From a virus (lineage: Duplodnaviria > Caudoviricetes), in IMG/VR virus record IMGVR_UViG_2930430511_000001, positions 1-64,000 of that record: a DNA stretch of 64,000 nucleotides. One strand, given 5' to 3'. Each line of letters starts with the position of its first letter. Position 1 is the first letter of the stretch. This document shows, piece after piece, positions 18,107-28,020 of the stretch. A program made the translations under genes and the position numbers. The notes beneath the pieces were generated by a model, which saw only the letters and a program-made list of their open reading frames with translations, was not told where the DNA came from and did not search any database.

Positions 18107-18345
18107 GACGCCACCCCCTCGATGCTCCGCCCCGGCCCGGACGCCAGACGCTCCCGGAACGCGCGCGCAGCCTGCGGCCCGTCCAGCAGCGCCACCAGGT
18201 CTCCGGCGGCCTCCTCCAAGCCGGCCGCCCACCCGTCATTCGTGAGCGCCACCTCCAGGTGCGCACAGTTCCTCGAGGCGTCCTGACGCCGGGCGACTTG
18301 AGCCGCCCACCTGGCGACGAGGGCTCGTGCCTGCTGCTCGTTCAT
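18103..18345 (-). CDS. Hypothetical protein
   Basis: GGAGG RBS, coupled on both sides. Confidence 0.6.
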   Translation of the reverse strand: MNEQQARALVARWAAQVARRQDASRNCAHLEVALTNDGWAAGLEEAAGDLVALLDGPQAARAFRERLASGPGRSIEGVAS

Positions 18346-18542
18346 CGGCGGGCCTCCGGTCGGTCCATGCCGTACGTGGCCAGGGCGGTGAGACCGCCCG
18401 CGACACCGAGCACCACGACGAGGGCGATCGGGAACGGCCACTGGTCGGCGATGAGGTAGGCGCCGGTCATGACGACGACGGCTATCGCGATGGCGACGGT
18501 GAACTCGGCGCGCTTGGCTCGGCGGCGCTTGGTTTCGGGCAT
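18342..18542 (-). CDS. Small two-TM membrane protein
   Basis: Two hydrophobic helices. Confidence 0.65.
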   Translation of the reverse strand: MPETKRRRAKRAEFTVAIAIAVVVMTGAYLIADQWPFPIALVVVLGVAGGLTALATYGMDRPEARR

Positions 18543-18616
18543 GACGAGTAGACCCCTTCCAGGGCTGGTGTGACAGTGGGTAGTTGCCCGCGCGTGGAAA
18601 GAAACGGGCGGCGGTG

Positions 18617-19117
18617 CTAGTCGAAAGACCGGCCGACCTCTGCGAGGTCTCGGTAGTACGGGAACCGCTTCCGCAGTTCCGCGATGTGATCGATGATCTC
18701 GGAGGTGTATTGGAAGAGTTCCGTGCCGGGCTTCCGCAGGTGCGCGAACTGCCGGTGGCGGGCTGTCTCCTCAGCGTTCCCGCCCGGCTCCGCAACAAGG
18801 AACCGGAGGGTGCCCATGGCAGACAGATCGCGAAAGCGTTCCTTGGCCCGGATGGTGGTGCCGATCTTCGCGAACTCATCGTTCGCCCGCCACGTGACGT
18901 AGTAGACAATGCCGTCACTGTGCTGCGACAAGGTGTCGGCGTATGTCCTCTGAGGCAGGCTGGACTGGCCGGCGGGGCGTCGAGGGCCTCCTCTCCTCAT
19001 GGGGCGTAAAGCAACCGCCATTTCCGCCTTGTGCGTGGCGCAGAGAGGAACGCCGACGACGTACTCGGCCGCCTGCGCCCAGCAAGATGTAGATGCACAA
19101 CGGGTGTAACCCTGCAC
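18617..19117 (-). CDS. GIY-YIG family (T5orf172/Mug113-like) protein
   Basis: VYYV..AKIGTT..R, AEPGG..E..RHRQFAHLR..GTELF. Confidence 0.75.
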   Translation of the reverse strand: MQGYTRCASTSCWAQAAEYVVGVPLCATHKAEMAVALRPMRRGGPRRPAGQSSLPQRTYADTLSQHSDGIVYYVTWRANDEFAKIGTTIRAKERFRDLSAMGTLRFLVAEPGGNAEETARHRQFAHLRKPGTELFQYTSEIIDHIAELRKRFPYYRDLAEVGRSFD

Positions 19118-19141
19118 GAGCTTCCTTTCGAGAGACTTTCG

Positions 19142-19531
19142 CTACGCTGCGTTGAGCTTGGCGCGCTTCCGGGCGTACTTGGCGGACTGGTACGCCTTCT
19201 CGCCCGCCACGCAGTCATCGCACGGGGTCTCGCCCCGGTACTTGTGCGCTGCGAACCCGGCGTGGTCACCGTGCCGGCGCTTCGGCGGCGCCTCCAACGC
19301 GCCAGCCTGGTACGCCAGGTGCACCAGATGCGCGTTGTTGAACGCCCCGAAGGCTTCCCGGATCTTCTTGAGCTGGAAGCAGACGGTCTTCGGGCTGTGC
19401 CGGACTATGTACGCGATCTGCTCTTGGTCATGCCCTTCGGTGACCAGGTGCAGGATGCGCGTCTGGATCGCGGTGAGGGTGGGGGCGGGCCCGCCGCTGG
19501 TCGACGGGCCCACCTGTACAGGAGCAGTCAT
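19142..19531 (-). CDS. LuxR-type HTH with C-terminal HG..H..C..C Zn motif
   Basis: LTAIQTRILHLVTEGHDQEQIA..SPKTV..LKKI..FGA.NNAHLV. Confidence 0.8.
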   Translation of the reverse strand: MTAPVQVGPSTSGGPAPTLTAIQTRILHLVTEGHDQEQIAYIVRHSPKTVCFQLKKIREAFGAFNNAHLVHLAYQAGALEAPPKRRHGDHAGFAAHKYRGETPCDDCVAGEKAYQSAKYARKRAKLNAA

Positions 19532-20067
19532 GCCGACCGCGCCGCGTTCATCAGGCACGACGCCGGGTCGACGCCCTCGCAGTTGTCGCACCGGTGCAGC
19601 TGCGGCTCGACGTACGTCCGACCGCGGTTGTAGTGCGGCACCGGGTCGAGAGTCGGGATGGTGACGCGCTCGTTCGCGTCCAGCTCAATGCCGTGCTGGC
19701 CGGTGTAGGTCGGTTCCGCAGCCTCGTTCTGCTCCTCCCACTCCAGCAGAGCCTCGCCAGCGAGCTTGCTCGGCGGACGCTCCCCTCCGAACCGGTCCAC
19801 GGTGACCTGAGCCATCTTCAGCTCGATGTCCGTCATCTCGCTGACGATGTGCTCAGTGCCGGCCTGGACCTTGTACACCTCTGCCTGCTCCACGTGCTGG
19901 AACGCGGCATCCAGCTCGTCGAGGCAGGCCACCATGCGCTCCTGCCACTCGATGGGCATGGACTGCATGAGGGTGCGGGGCAGCACCAGGTAGTTGGCGT
20001 ATGAGAGACCGAAGTGCATGTGAACGGGGCCGTTGGTGACGTTCGTGGCGATCGGGGCGTCGGTCAT
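19528..20067 (-). CDS. Conserved phage hypothetical protein
   Basis: HFGLSYANYLVLPRTLMQSMP..WQ...DPVPHYNRGR; AAGGAG RBS. Confidence 0.75.
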   Translation of the reverse strand: MTDAPIATNVTNGPVHMHFGLSYANYLVLPRTLMQSMPIEWQERMVACLDELDAAFQHVEQAEVYKVQAGTEHIVSEMTDIELKMAQVTVDRFGGERPPSKLAGEALLEWEEQNEAAEPTYTGQHGIELDANERVTIPTLDPVPHYNRGRTYVEPQLHRCDNCEGVDPASCLMNAARSA

Positions 20068-20200
20068 GGCGTTCTCCTTCATCAGGTTCGGGGTCGGTTG
20101 GTCCAGCGGCGGAGGCAGGCGCCGCGCACAGTGCACGCGGCGGAGCGTCCGCGGATCGTGAAACCGGTGCGGCCAGTACGGCCGCACCACAAGCAGCGAG

Positions 20201-20602
20201 TCACTCGGCGGCCGCCTGGTCGAATGCTTCGGTGACCGCCTTGGCCTGAAGAGCCATCTCCCTGGCCTCATCCAGCCACTTGTGAAACACGCCCAGGTCA
20301 CCCGCGACGCGCTCCCCGACCCAGTAAGTGTGTTCCTCCAGATCGGGCCCGTCGCCGAACGGTCCGGCGAACCACTCGGCGATCTGCGCAGCCTCCGCCG
20401 GTGCGGTGCGCTCGACGACTTCCAGGAGCCGGCTGGAGAGTGCGGAGAGGGTGGCGGCGGTCATCTGCCAGCCGAGGGCCGCGGGGTGCCTCGGGGTGGG
20501 CGTTGCAGTGGTGCGCACGTACAGCTGGGCAAGGTCGGTGCGCAGGGTCTCCGGCGTCGCGTCGATGTCCTCGTCGATGTCCTGGGCGGTGGTGTCGGTC
20601 AT
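20201..20602 (-). CDS. Hypothetical protein
   Basis: AAGGAG RBS. Confidence 0.7.
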   Translation of the reverse strand: MTDTTAQDIDEDIDATPETLRTDLAQLYVRTTATPTPRHPAALGWQMTAATLSALSSRLLEVVERTAPAEAAQIAEWFAGPFGDGPDLEEHTYWVGERVAGDLGVFHKWLDEAREMALQAKAVTEAFDQAAAE

Positions 20603-20603
20603 G

Positions 20604-21050
20604 TCAGTTCTCCTTCGTTGTGGTGTTGCGGCGGTACGGGAGGCGGCCGGACGGCAGGGGCGCCATACGGGCCGGCATGCTCAGCGGAGTCGGGGCAGGC
20701 GGGGCAGCGGTGTCCGTGGCCCACAGGCGCACCCACACACCCGCACGGCGCCGCGCGAGCGCCACGACGCCCGGCATCGAGTAGTCGAGCTGCGGGCACC
20801 GCTCCACCGGACCCAGCGGATCCAGGCCGTTCGCGAACAGTCGCATGGCCTCCTCGGCATGCGGGCCAAGGACCCGGGCGGACACCAGCGGCGCACCGTC
20901 AGCGGCCGTACCGTTGGTCCACGGGGTCAGGTGCGCGCCGAGTCGCTTCGTGGCGTCGCGGCCTGCCCATACGCGGGCGGTCTCGCTCTTGATGTCGCCG
21001 ACGGTGGGCTGCACCAGGTCCGGGGGTTGAGGCGTGGCGGACAGGAACAT
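20604..21050 (-). CDS. Hypothetical protein
   Basis: AGGAGG RBS; operon position. Confidence 0.65.
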   Translation of the reverse strand: MFLSATPQPPDLVQPTVGDIKSETARVWAGRDATKRLGAHLTPWTNGTAADGAPLVSARVLGPHAEEAMRLFANGLDPLGPVERCPQLDYSMPGVVALARRRAGVWVRLWATDTAAPPAPTPLSMPARMAPLPSGRLPYRRNTTTKEN

Positions 21051-21059
21051 CAGGGCCTC

Positions 21060-21356
21060 CTAAAGGCAGAGCCAGGTAGCGGGGAACGCATCAGGGCTGT
21101 CGGGCCGGTCAACGGCGCAGTGCAGCCAGTTGCCGTCGGCGCGCGGCTCCAGCCACCCCCAGCCCTTCTGGAAATCCCGGGTGGGGTCGATGCCCCACTC
21201 GCTGAGGAGGTCGCCCCCGGTGATGCGGTAGTGGGCGTGGATGGCGGCGAGGGCCAATCCGGGGTCGTGAGTGGCGGCGACGGCGCCGCCCTCTTGGTCG
21301 AGGACGCCGATGCCGTAGTAGGTGCCGGACAAGTCGTCGGGGGTCAGGGCAGTCAC
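21060..21356 (-). CDS. Hypothetical protein
   Basis: GAGGAG RBS. Confidence 0.7.
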   Translation of the reverse strand: MTALTPDDLSGTYYGIGVLDQEGGAVAATHDPGLALAAIHAHYRITGGDLLSEWGIDPTRDFQKGWGWLEPRADGNWLHCAVDRPDSPDAFPATWLCL

Positions 21357-21370
21357 TGGGGTCTCCTCGG

Positions 21371-21688
21371 TCAGGCGGCTTGCTGGCGGGTCTTGGCGCG
21401 CCAGCGATGCACGGTGCGGGGCGCGACGGCGACGATGTCGGCAACGCGTTCAGCGGACAGGCCCCGCTCGCTCAGCCCCACGGCGATGAGCCGGCGCTCA
21501 AGGCGGGTGGCGCCTTCGGGTACGCGCTGCTGCTCGATGAGGAGCTGGACGTCCATGTCGTCGGCGACAGTCCACTGCGTGAAGTCGGGGTCGCCCCAGT
21601 TGCGGATGCGTTCGCGGTGGGTGGAGCAGATGGTGCGGTGGTGGAGTGCGGGGCGTTCGCAGCCGTTGATGCGGCAGGGGCGCTGCAT
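21371..21688 (-). CDS. Zn-finger plus C-terminal HTH protein
   Basis: CRINGC..CSTH..R..GDP; GLSAERVADIVAVAPRTVHRWR. Confidence 0.75.
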   Translation of the reverse strand: MQRPCRINGCERPALHHRTICSTHRERIRNWGDPDFTQWTVADDMDVQLLIEQQRVPEGATRLERRLIAVGLSERGLSAERVADIVAVAPRTVHRWRAKTRQQAA

Positions 21689-21793
21689 GGCGGGCTCCTT
21701 GGGCGGTGTCGGCAGGGCCGGGAGGAGTGAGTGGCCGCCCCGCGCGGGGGCTTGGGGCGGCCGTGGAGCCCCGGGGGGCTCCGGGCTGTGGGG

Positions 21794-22696
21794 TCAGGCG
21801 GCGGCGCCGGAGCGGCAAGACCACGGCGAGCATCCGTCCGGGTCACCCAGCTCCAGCTCCGCGTCAGCGACCTGACCGAACACGTCGGTCTGCCGCGACG
21901 CCCACTCGTGCGAACTCACGCGGTCAATCGGAGCCTGGTCCAACGGCAGGCGTGATGCGTGGAGGAACTCCCGGATGCCGTCCTCGCGCGGCGCGGCGCG
22001 CAGCTTGTAGTCGAAGTCGACGGCGTCCGCCCACTCGGCAGGGTGGTTGTCGCGCATGTCGCGCCACTGCTTGTTGCCGTGGAACGGGCACCCGACGCAC
22101 GCAGACTTCGGTACATGACGGAACCCGCGCGAGCGCAGGTAGCGGATGCAGTCCGCGACCGTCCATCCAGGCCGGCCGTCAGCCGCATCGTCGAGGTCCA
22201 ACAGTGGAAACGTAGACCGCAGGTACCGGAGGCCGGTGTCCTTGACCCGCCCGATCTCGTCGCGGCTGATCCCGATCTGCTGCTCGGCGTACACGCCGCG
22301 GGGAATGTTCAGCGGGTGCGGATAACCGAGGAGCTCGCGGACCTTCTCCTTGATGGGACGGAGCTTGTACTCGTTGGTGCACTGACGGCGGCCCATGCCC
22401 CACGAACCATCGGCGTTGATTGTGAACGTCGGCATGGAAACGAACCGGTGGGCTGGGTCGAGGGCGTCGGCGCGAATGTCGCCGACTGATACGCGAAGGA
22501 TCGGGATGCCCGCCGGCTTGGCCACTTCCTCTTCCAGCCGGTTCAGGTGCCGATAGACACCAGCGGGCTCCCAGCCGGTGTCAGCGAATATGGCCACCTC
22601 CGGCTTGGAGATGCGGCCCTCGGCGGCCAGGAGGAGGAGGGTGGAGGACTGGCGCCCGGCACCCAGGGACAGAGCGTTCAACATCGGGTCGCTCAT
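21794..22696 (-). CDS. PAPS-reductase-like (PP-loop/HUP) protein
   Basis: SLGAGRQSS, IFADTGWE, RQCT..YK..PI, KSACVGCPF. Confidence 0.8.
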   Translation of the reverse strand: MSDPMLNALSLGAGRQSSTLLLLAAEGRISKPEVAIFADTGWEPAGVYRHLNRLEEEVAKPAGIPILRVSVGDIRADALDPAHRFVSMPTFTINADGSWGMGRRQCTNEYKLRPIKEKVRELLGYPHPLNIPRGVYAEQQIGISRDEIGRVKDTGLRYLRSTFPLLDLDDAADGRPGWTVADCIRYLRSRGFRHVPKSACVGCPFHGNKQWRDMRDNHPAEWADAVDFDYKLRAAPREDGIREFLHASRLPLDQAPIDRVSSHEWASRQTDVFGQVADAELELGDPDGCSPWSCRSGAAA

Positions 22697-22763
22697 GGGG
22701 GTCTCTCTTTCTTGTGGCGTTGACTGTGGGGCGGCCAGATGTGTTGCGCGGCTCGGGAATGGG

Positions 22764-23015
22764 TCAGGCGGCGGCCGGGAGGTCTGGAGTGGCGAGCAGG
22801 TCGAGGAACGTCCCGCGGCTGCCCGTGGTGGGCTCGGCGGGCTCGATGCGGTAGTCCTCGGCTCGGTAGCCGAAGTCGGCCCACTGGTCGGCCTCGCGCT
22901 CGGCGACGGTGCGGAGGTGGGCCCGCAGCTCCCCTTCCATCGCGGCGGGGAAGCCGGTGTGGACGGTGCCGGGGACGACGTAGCCGTCGGGGTCGATGAG
23001 TCGCAGCTCGTTCAT
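22764..23015 (-). CDS. Hypothetical protein
   Basis: MNELRLIDPDGYVV..., good codon bias. Confidence 0.6.
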   Translation of the reverse strand: MNELRLIDPDGYVVPGTVHTGFPAAMEGELRAHLRTVAEREADQWADFGYRAEDYRIEPAEPTTGSRGTFLDLLATPDLPAAA

Positions 23016-23026
23016 GGCCGGCTGGA

Positions 23027-23512
23027 TCAGACCCAGTACCGGGTGACACCGGCGGCGGTGTACATGCGCTCGATGACCTGTCCGGTGGTCAGTCCGGTGA
23101 CGTCCCCGAGCGCGGCGTGCGCAGCGGCTACGTCCTCGGCAGCGGCCTGCTTCGCCAGGTCGAGCAGCTCGTAGGCCTCGCGGCAGGAGATGGACAGCGG
23201 GTCGAGACGCTCCAGGGCGCGGCGGGTGTTGTCGGCGTTGGTCCGGGTCGGCCGGCGGCGTTCCTGAAGGGCGCGGCCGTCGGTGATGGTCTCCAGGCGA
23301 CGGAAGGCGCGGGCGGCCTCGTTGTGGCGGTTGGTCAGCTGGCTGATCTCGTAGGTCCGGTGGGCGGTCATGCCGATGGCGACGCGGATGGTGCTGGCGT
23401 CGACGGTCGTGTCGAGGTTGAGTCCGCGGAAGGAGAGCTTGTTGGCGGTGTCGATGAGGAGGCGCTGGGCGCTGCGGGAGAGGTTGGGGCTGGTGATGGT
23501 CTGCTCGGTCAT
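23027..23512 (-). CDS. Hypothetical protein
   Basis: GGAGG RBS; first gene after class A promoter. Confidence 0.7.
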   Translation of the reverse strand: MTEQTITSPNLSRSAQRLLIDTANKLSFRGLNLDTTVDASTIRVAIGMTAHRTYEISQLTNRHNEAARAFRRLETITDGRALQERRRPTRTNADNTRRALERLDPLSISCREAYELLDLAKQAAAEDVAAAHAALGDVTGLTTGQVIERMYTAAGVTRYWV

Positions 23513-23546
23513 GAGCCACCTCCGCGGTGTGGGCTGGTGCCCTGGG

Positions 23547-23591
23547 TTGCTGACTCTTCGAGCATGACACATAGATAGTGCACATGCAATA
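23547..23591 (-). promoter_or_regulatory. Class A promoter/operator (TTGCAT-N17-CATGCT)
   Basis: 45 bp, 44/45 identical to 29761-29805. Confidence 0.85.
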
Positions 23592-23655
23592 TAGAAGTGT
23601 GAGGGAAAGTAGAAAGGGCCGACCACGAAGGCCGGCCCTGTCACAAACCCGCAGG

Positions 23656-24168
23656 CTAAAAGGGTGGCTCGTCGCCGTACCCCTGCGACTGCTGACCCCA
23701 ACCACCCTGCGCCTGCCCCGGAGTCGAAGACCACGGATCATCCGCCGACGCCGCACCCTGCGCCCGACGCGCGTCCTGCGCCTGCTGCCGGCCCTGCCCA
23801 CTCCCCCCGGCCTTCGTCACCTTCGCCGTGGCGTTACGCAGCGACGGCGCAACCTCGTCGACGTCCAGCTCGAAGACGGTGCGCTTCTCGCCCTCCTTCG
23901 TCTCGAACGACCGCTGCTTCAAACGGCCCTGCACGATCACGCGGGTTCCACGGGCCAGCGACTCGGCAGCATGCTCAGCCTGCTGACGCCACACCGAGCA
24001 GTTCAGGAAGAGGCTCTCGCCGTCCTTCCACTCCTTGGCCTGCTTGTCGAACGTCCGCGGGGTCGACGCCACGGTGAAGCGGCATACCGCCGCACCGGCC
24101 GGAGTGAATCTGAGCTCAGGATCCGCCGTCAGATTCCCAACAACGGTGATCACGGTCTCGCCTGCCAT
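23656..24168 (-). CDS. ssb: Single-stranded DNA-binding protein
   Basis: [23 protein letters not shown]...; acidic C-terminus DEPPF. Confidence 0.96.
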   Translation of the reverse strand: MAGETVITVVGNLTADPELRFTPAGAAVCRFTVASTPRTFDKQAKEWKDGESLFLNCSVWRQQAEHAAESLARGTRVIVQGRLKQRSFETKEGEKRTVFELDVDEVAPSLRNATAKVTKAGGSGQGRQQAQDARRAQGAASADDPWSSTPGQAQGGWGQQSQGYGDEPPF

Positions 24169-24202
24169 GCTGTTCTCCTTCAGTAGTTGATCTGCTTCTT
24201 GT

Positions 24203-25336
24203 TCAGCTGGCCTTGGCGAACGCCGCCTGGCCCCGGTTGAACAGCCGCCGGCTCGACACGCTCGGCTGCGTAGTGGTCCTCTTCGAGATGGGCCCGCCGT
24301 AGTCCGCGTACCGCTCGCCGCGCACCACCCGGGCCACCGTGGACGTCGCCACACCGAACGCAAGCGCCAGCTGCACCTGCGTCTCACCGGCAGCAGCCCG
24401 CTCCCGCATCGAGACCACCTCACCCTTGGTCAGGTGCCGGGACTCGCCCGCGCGCACCAGCACAGGGAACTCGAGGCCATGGCGCTTGGCATGCAGCCTG
24501 CGGGCGTCCACCCACTTCTGCGTCGCGCCCTTCTCCAGGTTGTGGAGGGCATCGAAGTCGATGTACGCCATGCCGCGGCGGAGGCCTTCGACGATCGCGG
24601 CGAGTCGATCGGCATCAGTGACCTGAGCGCCCGGGGTATTCAGGTAGCGGAGGACCGCGGCCTCATCTACGTAGGCGTCCCCGTCTGCCGTCTCCGGCTC
24701 AGAGTCAGTCACGGGCTCTGCGTTCGGGTCGTCGATGGCCTCGTCTTCCCAGCCCAGAGGGCCAATGAAACCGTCACGGGCTGCCGCACGGCGGCATCGA
24801 TCAGCCACCCAAGACGCCACACCGTGGTCCTCCGGCCGCTGCTTCCACAACTCGTCATAGAGAAGCGCAACCGCCTTCGCCAGGCCAGCGGACACCCGCG
24901 CGGCGTGGCACGAAGCCCCGAACGCCCTCTTGCCCCTACCCAGGCGCTCAGCCACAACCGCCTGGGGCCAGCCCACAACGGCCAGGGCCTGCACACGGCG
25001 ACGCGTCCCAGTGCCATCAACGCTCGCGTGGTCAGGGAAGTCCGACAGCTTCGGCCAGTAGCCCAGCAGCGCCTCCCCCAGTTCCCGGGTCACCTTGTCG
25101 CCCATCTGCCCCCTGGTGCCATACAGGAGGTGGCGCAGGGAGCCGACACCGACGCCGACGTTCTCCGCCAGAGCGGACTGCGGCAACCCCGCATCCAAGA
25201 CGGCGTGGACGTGCGCTCGAACTGGGCCGGCGGGAAGAAACGGGTCCCACTGGCCGTAGGCGATGAGCCGACGCCTCCGGCGCGCCCACGCCGTCTTCGC
25301 GGCCCGCTGCGCGGGAGTCGTAGCACCCATGGTCAC
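24203..25336 (-). CDS. Multi-HTH phage DNA-binding protein
   Basis: [15 protein letters not shown] motif; C-terminal [24 protein letters not shown]. Confidence 0.7.
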   Translation of the reverse strand: MTMGATTPAQRAAKTAWARRRRRLIAYGQWDPFLPAGPVRAHVHAVLDAGLPQSALAENVGVGVGSLRHLLYGTRGQMGDKVTRELGEALLGYWPKLSDFPDHASVDGTGTRRRVQALAVVGWPQAVVAERLGRGKRAFGASCHAARVSAGLAKAVALLYDELWKQRPEDHGVASWVADRCRRAAARDGFIGPLGWEDEAIDDPNAEPVTDSEPETADGDAYVDEAAVLRYLNTPGAQVTDADRLAAIVEGLRRGMAYIDFDALHNLEKGATQKWVDARRLHAKRHGLEFPVLVRAGESRHLTKGEVVSMRERAAAGETQVQLALAFGVATSTVARVVRGERYADYGGPISKRTTTQPSVSSRRLFNRGQAAFAKAS

Positions 25337-25797
25337 GCCACCTCCAGCTCTACCGCAGCAGCGTCCAGGGCGGCCTGCTCGTCCAGCTCACGCATAGCGC
25401 GGTTCACGGCCTGCGTCGGGAACCCCAAAAGCTTCCCGATCCCCGCCCCCGACAGCCCAAGGCTCTGAAACCTCAGCAGCTCCTGACGATGCTCCTGGAG
25501 AACCCTCTGCCACTGCGGCTCGCGATCCGACACATACCGAGGCCGGCACCCGCGAAGCCGAAGTCGCTCATTCGGGCCCAGCCCGCCGAACACCCCAAAG
25601 TCGGCCTTCTCATCCAGAGCGAACTGAAGGCAGAACGGGCGTGCAGGGCACACGGCGCAGATCTGCTTGGCCTCGTCGTGATCAGCCGGGTCGTCGCTCA
25701 TGAACAGATCGAAGTCGTTCTCGGTGCAGACCTTGTGGTGCTGCCAGTTGCTGGCGTCTACGCGGGGCCGCGCGGTAGACGAAGCGGGGGCGCTCAT
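25333..25797 (-). CDS. whiB: WhiB-family transcription factor with C-terminal HTH
   Basis: WQ...C, AKQICAVCPARPFCLQFAL, GVFGG. Confidence 0.88.
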   Translation of the reverse strand: MSAPASSTARPRVDASNWQHHKVCTENDFDLFMSDDPADHDEAKQICAVCPARPFCLQFALDEKADFGVFGGLGPNERLRLRGCRPRYVSDREPQWQRVLQEHRQELLRFQSLGLSGAGIGKLLGFPTQAVNRAMRELDEQAALDAAAVELEVA

Positions 25798-26606
25798 GAC
25801 TTGGCCTCCTTAGTGATTGGTTCGGGGTTCTCAATGGCCTCGGCCTGGCGCTGGAAGCCCCGCACCCGCTCCCATTCGGCTGCGGTAAGTGCCCGCGCTC
25901 CGCGGCTGCCATTGCAGAAGCCGTGGGTCCACCAAAGATTGGACGGCACATCAGGCCCGCCAAGGCTGACGGGAAGCAGGTGATCGGCTTGCGCGTCTTG
26001 GCTACTCGCGATCACGTTCAGGCACAGGTAACAGACCTGCCCGGCAGGAGCGCCGTACGCCTCACGGCATATGCGACGGGCGTCGCGCCCGGCACAGTCC
26101 CGACAACGAGTGCGCAGCCCATCCGGCTGACCACGGTCAAGCCGGAACTCCGTTTCGGGTAGAAGCTGACCGCACTGGCCAGCACAGCGCTTGAGAACGT
26201 TGGGATCCTGAACCCGCCCGGAGTTCTTAGCCAAGTTGATCTGCCGAATCACGGCATGCCGATCTGCCGAATACTGACGACGGGCTGCTGCATTGGCCCA
26301 GTAGAAGGCCACCGAACTGCGCCGCCGCGTCTCTAGGTACGCCAGATCGCCAGACTTCCGTGTGTGATAGTCGGCGTGGCAGCTCCGACAGTAGGAACTG
26401 CGGCCATCGGAGGAGCTGCTGTACCGGTTGAATGCCGGCAACGCCTTCACCGTCAGACAGCGAGAGCAGATCTTTACGGGGAGCCCTTTGGCCCTCAGCG
26501 CGTAGTTCATCACGGTCCTCTTCTCCCGAACCGCGTACGGGTGGTTACTCGGCAATTCGGGGGTCAGCGCGGCCTCTCTCGTAGGGCGGCCGGTGAGGGT
26601 GCTCAT
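25794..26606 (-). CDS. HNH endonuclease with repeated Zn-ribbons
   Basis: CYLC..DHLLPVSLGGPD..SNL..HGFCNGSRG; lower GC, likely mobile. Confidence 0.85.
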   Translation of the reverse strand: MSTLTGRPTREAALTPELPSNHPYAVREKRTVMNYALRAKGLPVKICSRCLTVKALPAFNRYSSSSDGRSSYCRSCHADYHTRKSGDLAYLETRRRSSVAFYWANAAARRQYSADRHAVIRQINLAKNSGRVQDPNVLKRCAGQCGQLLPETEFRLDRGQPDGLRTRCRDCAGRDARRICREAYGAPAGQVCYLCLNVIASSQDAQADHLLPVSLGGPDVPSNLWWTHGFCNGSRGARALTAAEWERVRGFQRQAEAIENPEPITKEAKS

Positions 26607-27145
26607 TCGGGGGCTCCTGCAAGGGTGTAGAGGCGGATGAGGGCTCCGGGCGTGGGGAGGGCTTCGGGGTGTTCGCCGGGGTAGACCTTGCGGATGGCGA
26701 GTTCGGTGATCTGGGAGTCGTCGCGGATGACGCCGGACAGCGAGAGGGCGTCGAGGCATGCGCGGGCGTGGTGGTCGATGTCTGAGCTGGCTCGGGTGAT
26801 GGGCCAGGTGCGGCGGCGCTTGGGTGCGCTCTTCGGCTTGGGGACGGTGATGGTGATGTCGACGGCGGTGGGGATGTTGGCATAGAGGCCGTGGTCGGGC
26901 TTGGGGGTTCGGCAGGTGAGGCAGATGCCGTTGAAGTCGGTGTAGCCGTGGCAGCCGGTGGTGTCGCGGGTGGCGAGGACGATGGCTTGGCGCCAGGGCT
27001 TGAGGGTTTTGTCGTTGGTGTGGCGGGCTCCGCGGCCTTTGCCGAGGAAGCTGATGGCTCCTTGGCCGGCGGGGGTGCCGTAGACGGCGATGGCAGCGCG
27101 GTGGTCCCAGGTGGGCGCTGCGGGTTCGGGGGCGGTGAGGGTCAT
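26603..27145 (-). CDS. rusA: RusA-family Holliday junction resolvase
   Basis: GTPAGQG, LKPWR, DIDHHARACLDAL..GVIRDDSQI..K.Y. Confidence 0.85.
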   Translation of the reverse strand: MTLTAPEPAAPTWDHRAAIAVYGTPAGQGAISFLGKGRGARHTNDKTLKPWRQAIVLATRDTTGCHGYTDFNGICLTCRTPKPDHGLYANIPTAVDITITVPKPKSAPKRRRTWPITRASSDIDHHARACLDALSLSGVIRDDSQITELAIRKVYPGEHPEALPTPGALIRLYTLAGAPE

Positions 27146-27375
27146 GCTGCGTATTCCTTGGCGAGGTGGTGGACGGGGGTGGGGCCGTTGGGGCCGGCGC
27201 GGAGGTGTGTGGCGTGGCCGCGTTGGTGGCCTATGTGGACGGCGCCGCAGAAGGTGCAGCGGTATTCGTCGAGAGGGCCGGCGCCTTCTCCGCGGAGTTG
27301 GCGTGCGCGGCGGCGGCCTGCTCGCCTGCTGGGGAATTCGGTCTTGAGGTAGCAGGCCGCCAGGTAGGTGTTCAT
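27142..27375 (-). CDS. Small Zn-ribbon protein
   Basis: K..F..R..A...YRCTFCGAVHIGH. Confidence 0.65.
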   Translation of the reverse strand: MNTYLAACYLKTEFPSRRAGRRRARQLRGEGAGPLDEYRCTFCGAVHIGHQRGHATHLRAGPNGPTPVHHLAKEYAA

Positions 27376-27521
27376 GGGTTGTCGTTGAGGCCGAGGGCCC
27401 GGACGAGTTCGCCGTATTCGTCGGTGAGCTGGTCGATGAGGCCGAGGAGGTAGGTGATGTCGTCGTCGGTCTGGAGGTGTTGGGCGGCTTCGTTGCGGAT
27501 GCGGGTGAGGCGCTGGTCCAT
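27372..27521 (-). CDS. Small hypothetical protein (49 aa)
   Basis: AGGAG RBS, ATGA coupling. Confidence 0.55.
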   Translation of the reverse strand: MDQRLTRIRNEAAQHLQTDDDITYLLGLIDQLTDEYGELVRALGLNDNP

Positions 27522-27584
27522 TGCTGCTCCTGAAGGTTGGGGCGGGTGCCGGGCGGTGGGGTCGCCCGGCGGGTGGGGCTCGGG

Positions 27585-27992
27585 TCACGCGGCCGTCTTC
27601 GGCAGGGCGACGCAGATGCAGCCGGGGATGGTGTAGGCGGAGTCCAGGTCGAGGTCGAAGAGCTGGTGGCGCTGCTCGGCGAGGAGGGAGTCCTTCTTGC
27701 GGAAGGCCGCGGCCTGCTCGCGGGTGGCGGGGCGGACGGAGTAGGTGCCGTCCGTGGAACGGGTGATGAAGTCGCCGAAGCGGGCAACAATCCGGGGCTG
27801 CCGGGTCTCTCCGGTGCCGATTCGGAGGCCGGTGACGGTCAGGTAGCCGTCGACGTCCTCCCAGTAGCCCTTGGCGTAGATCCCGTCGCGGTCGATCTGG
27901 TCGTCGATCTGGCTGAGGTTGTACCGGCTGAGCTGCCATTCGGTGGTGGTCTGGGTGGGGCGGTCGAGGGTGGTCATCACAGTCATCTCCAA
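27585..27992 (-). CDS. Hypothetical protein
   Basis: ORF with typical codon bias. Confidence 0.65.
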   Translation of the reverse strand: MEMTVMTTLDRPTQTTTEWQLSRYNLSQIDDQIDRDGIYAKGYWEDVDGYLTVTGLRIGTGETRQPRIVARFGDFITRSTDGTYSVRPATREQAAAFRKKDSLLAEQRHQLFDLDLDSAYTIPGCICVALPKTAA

Positions 27993-28020
27993 TTGCGAGG
28001 GTGGGTGTGGTGGTGAGGTG

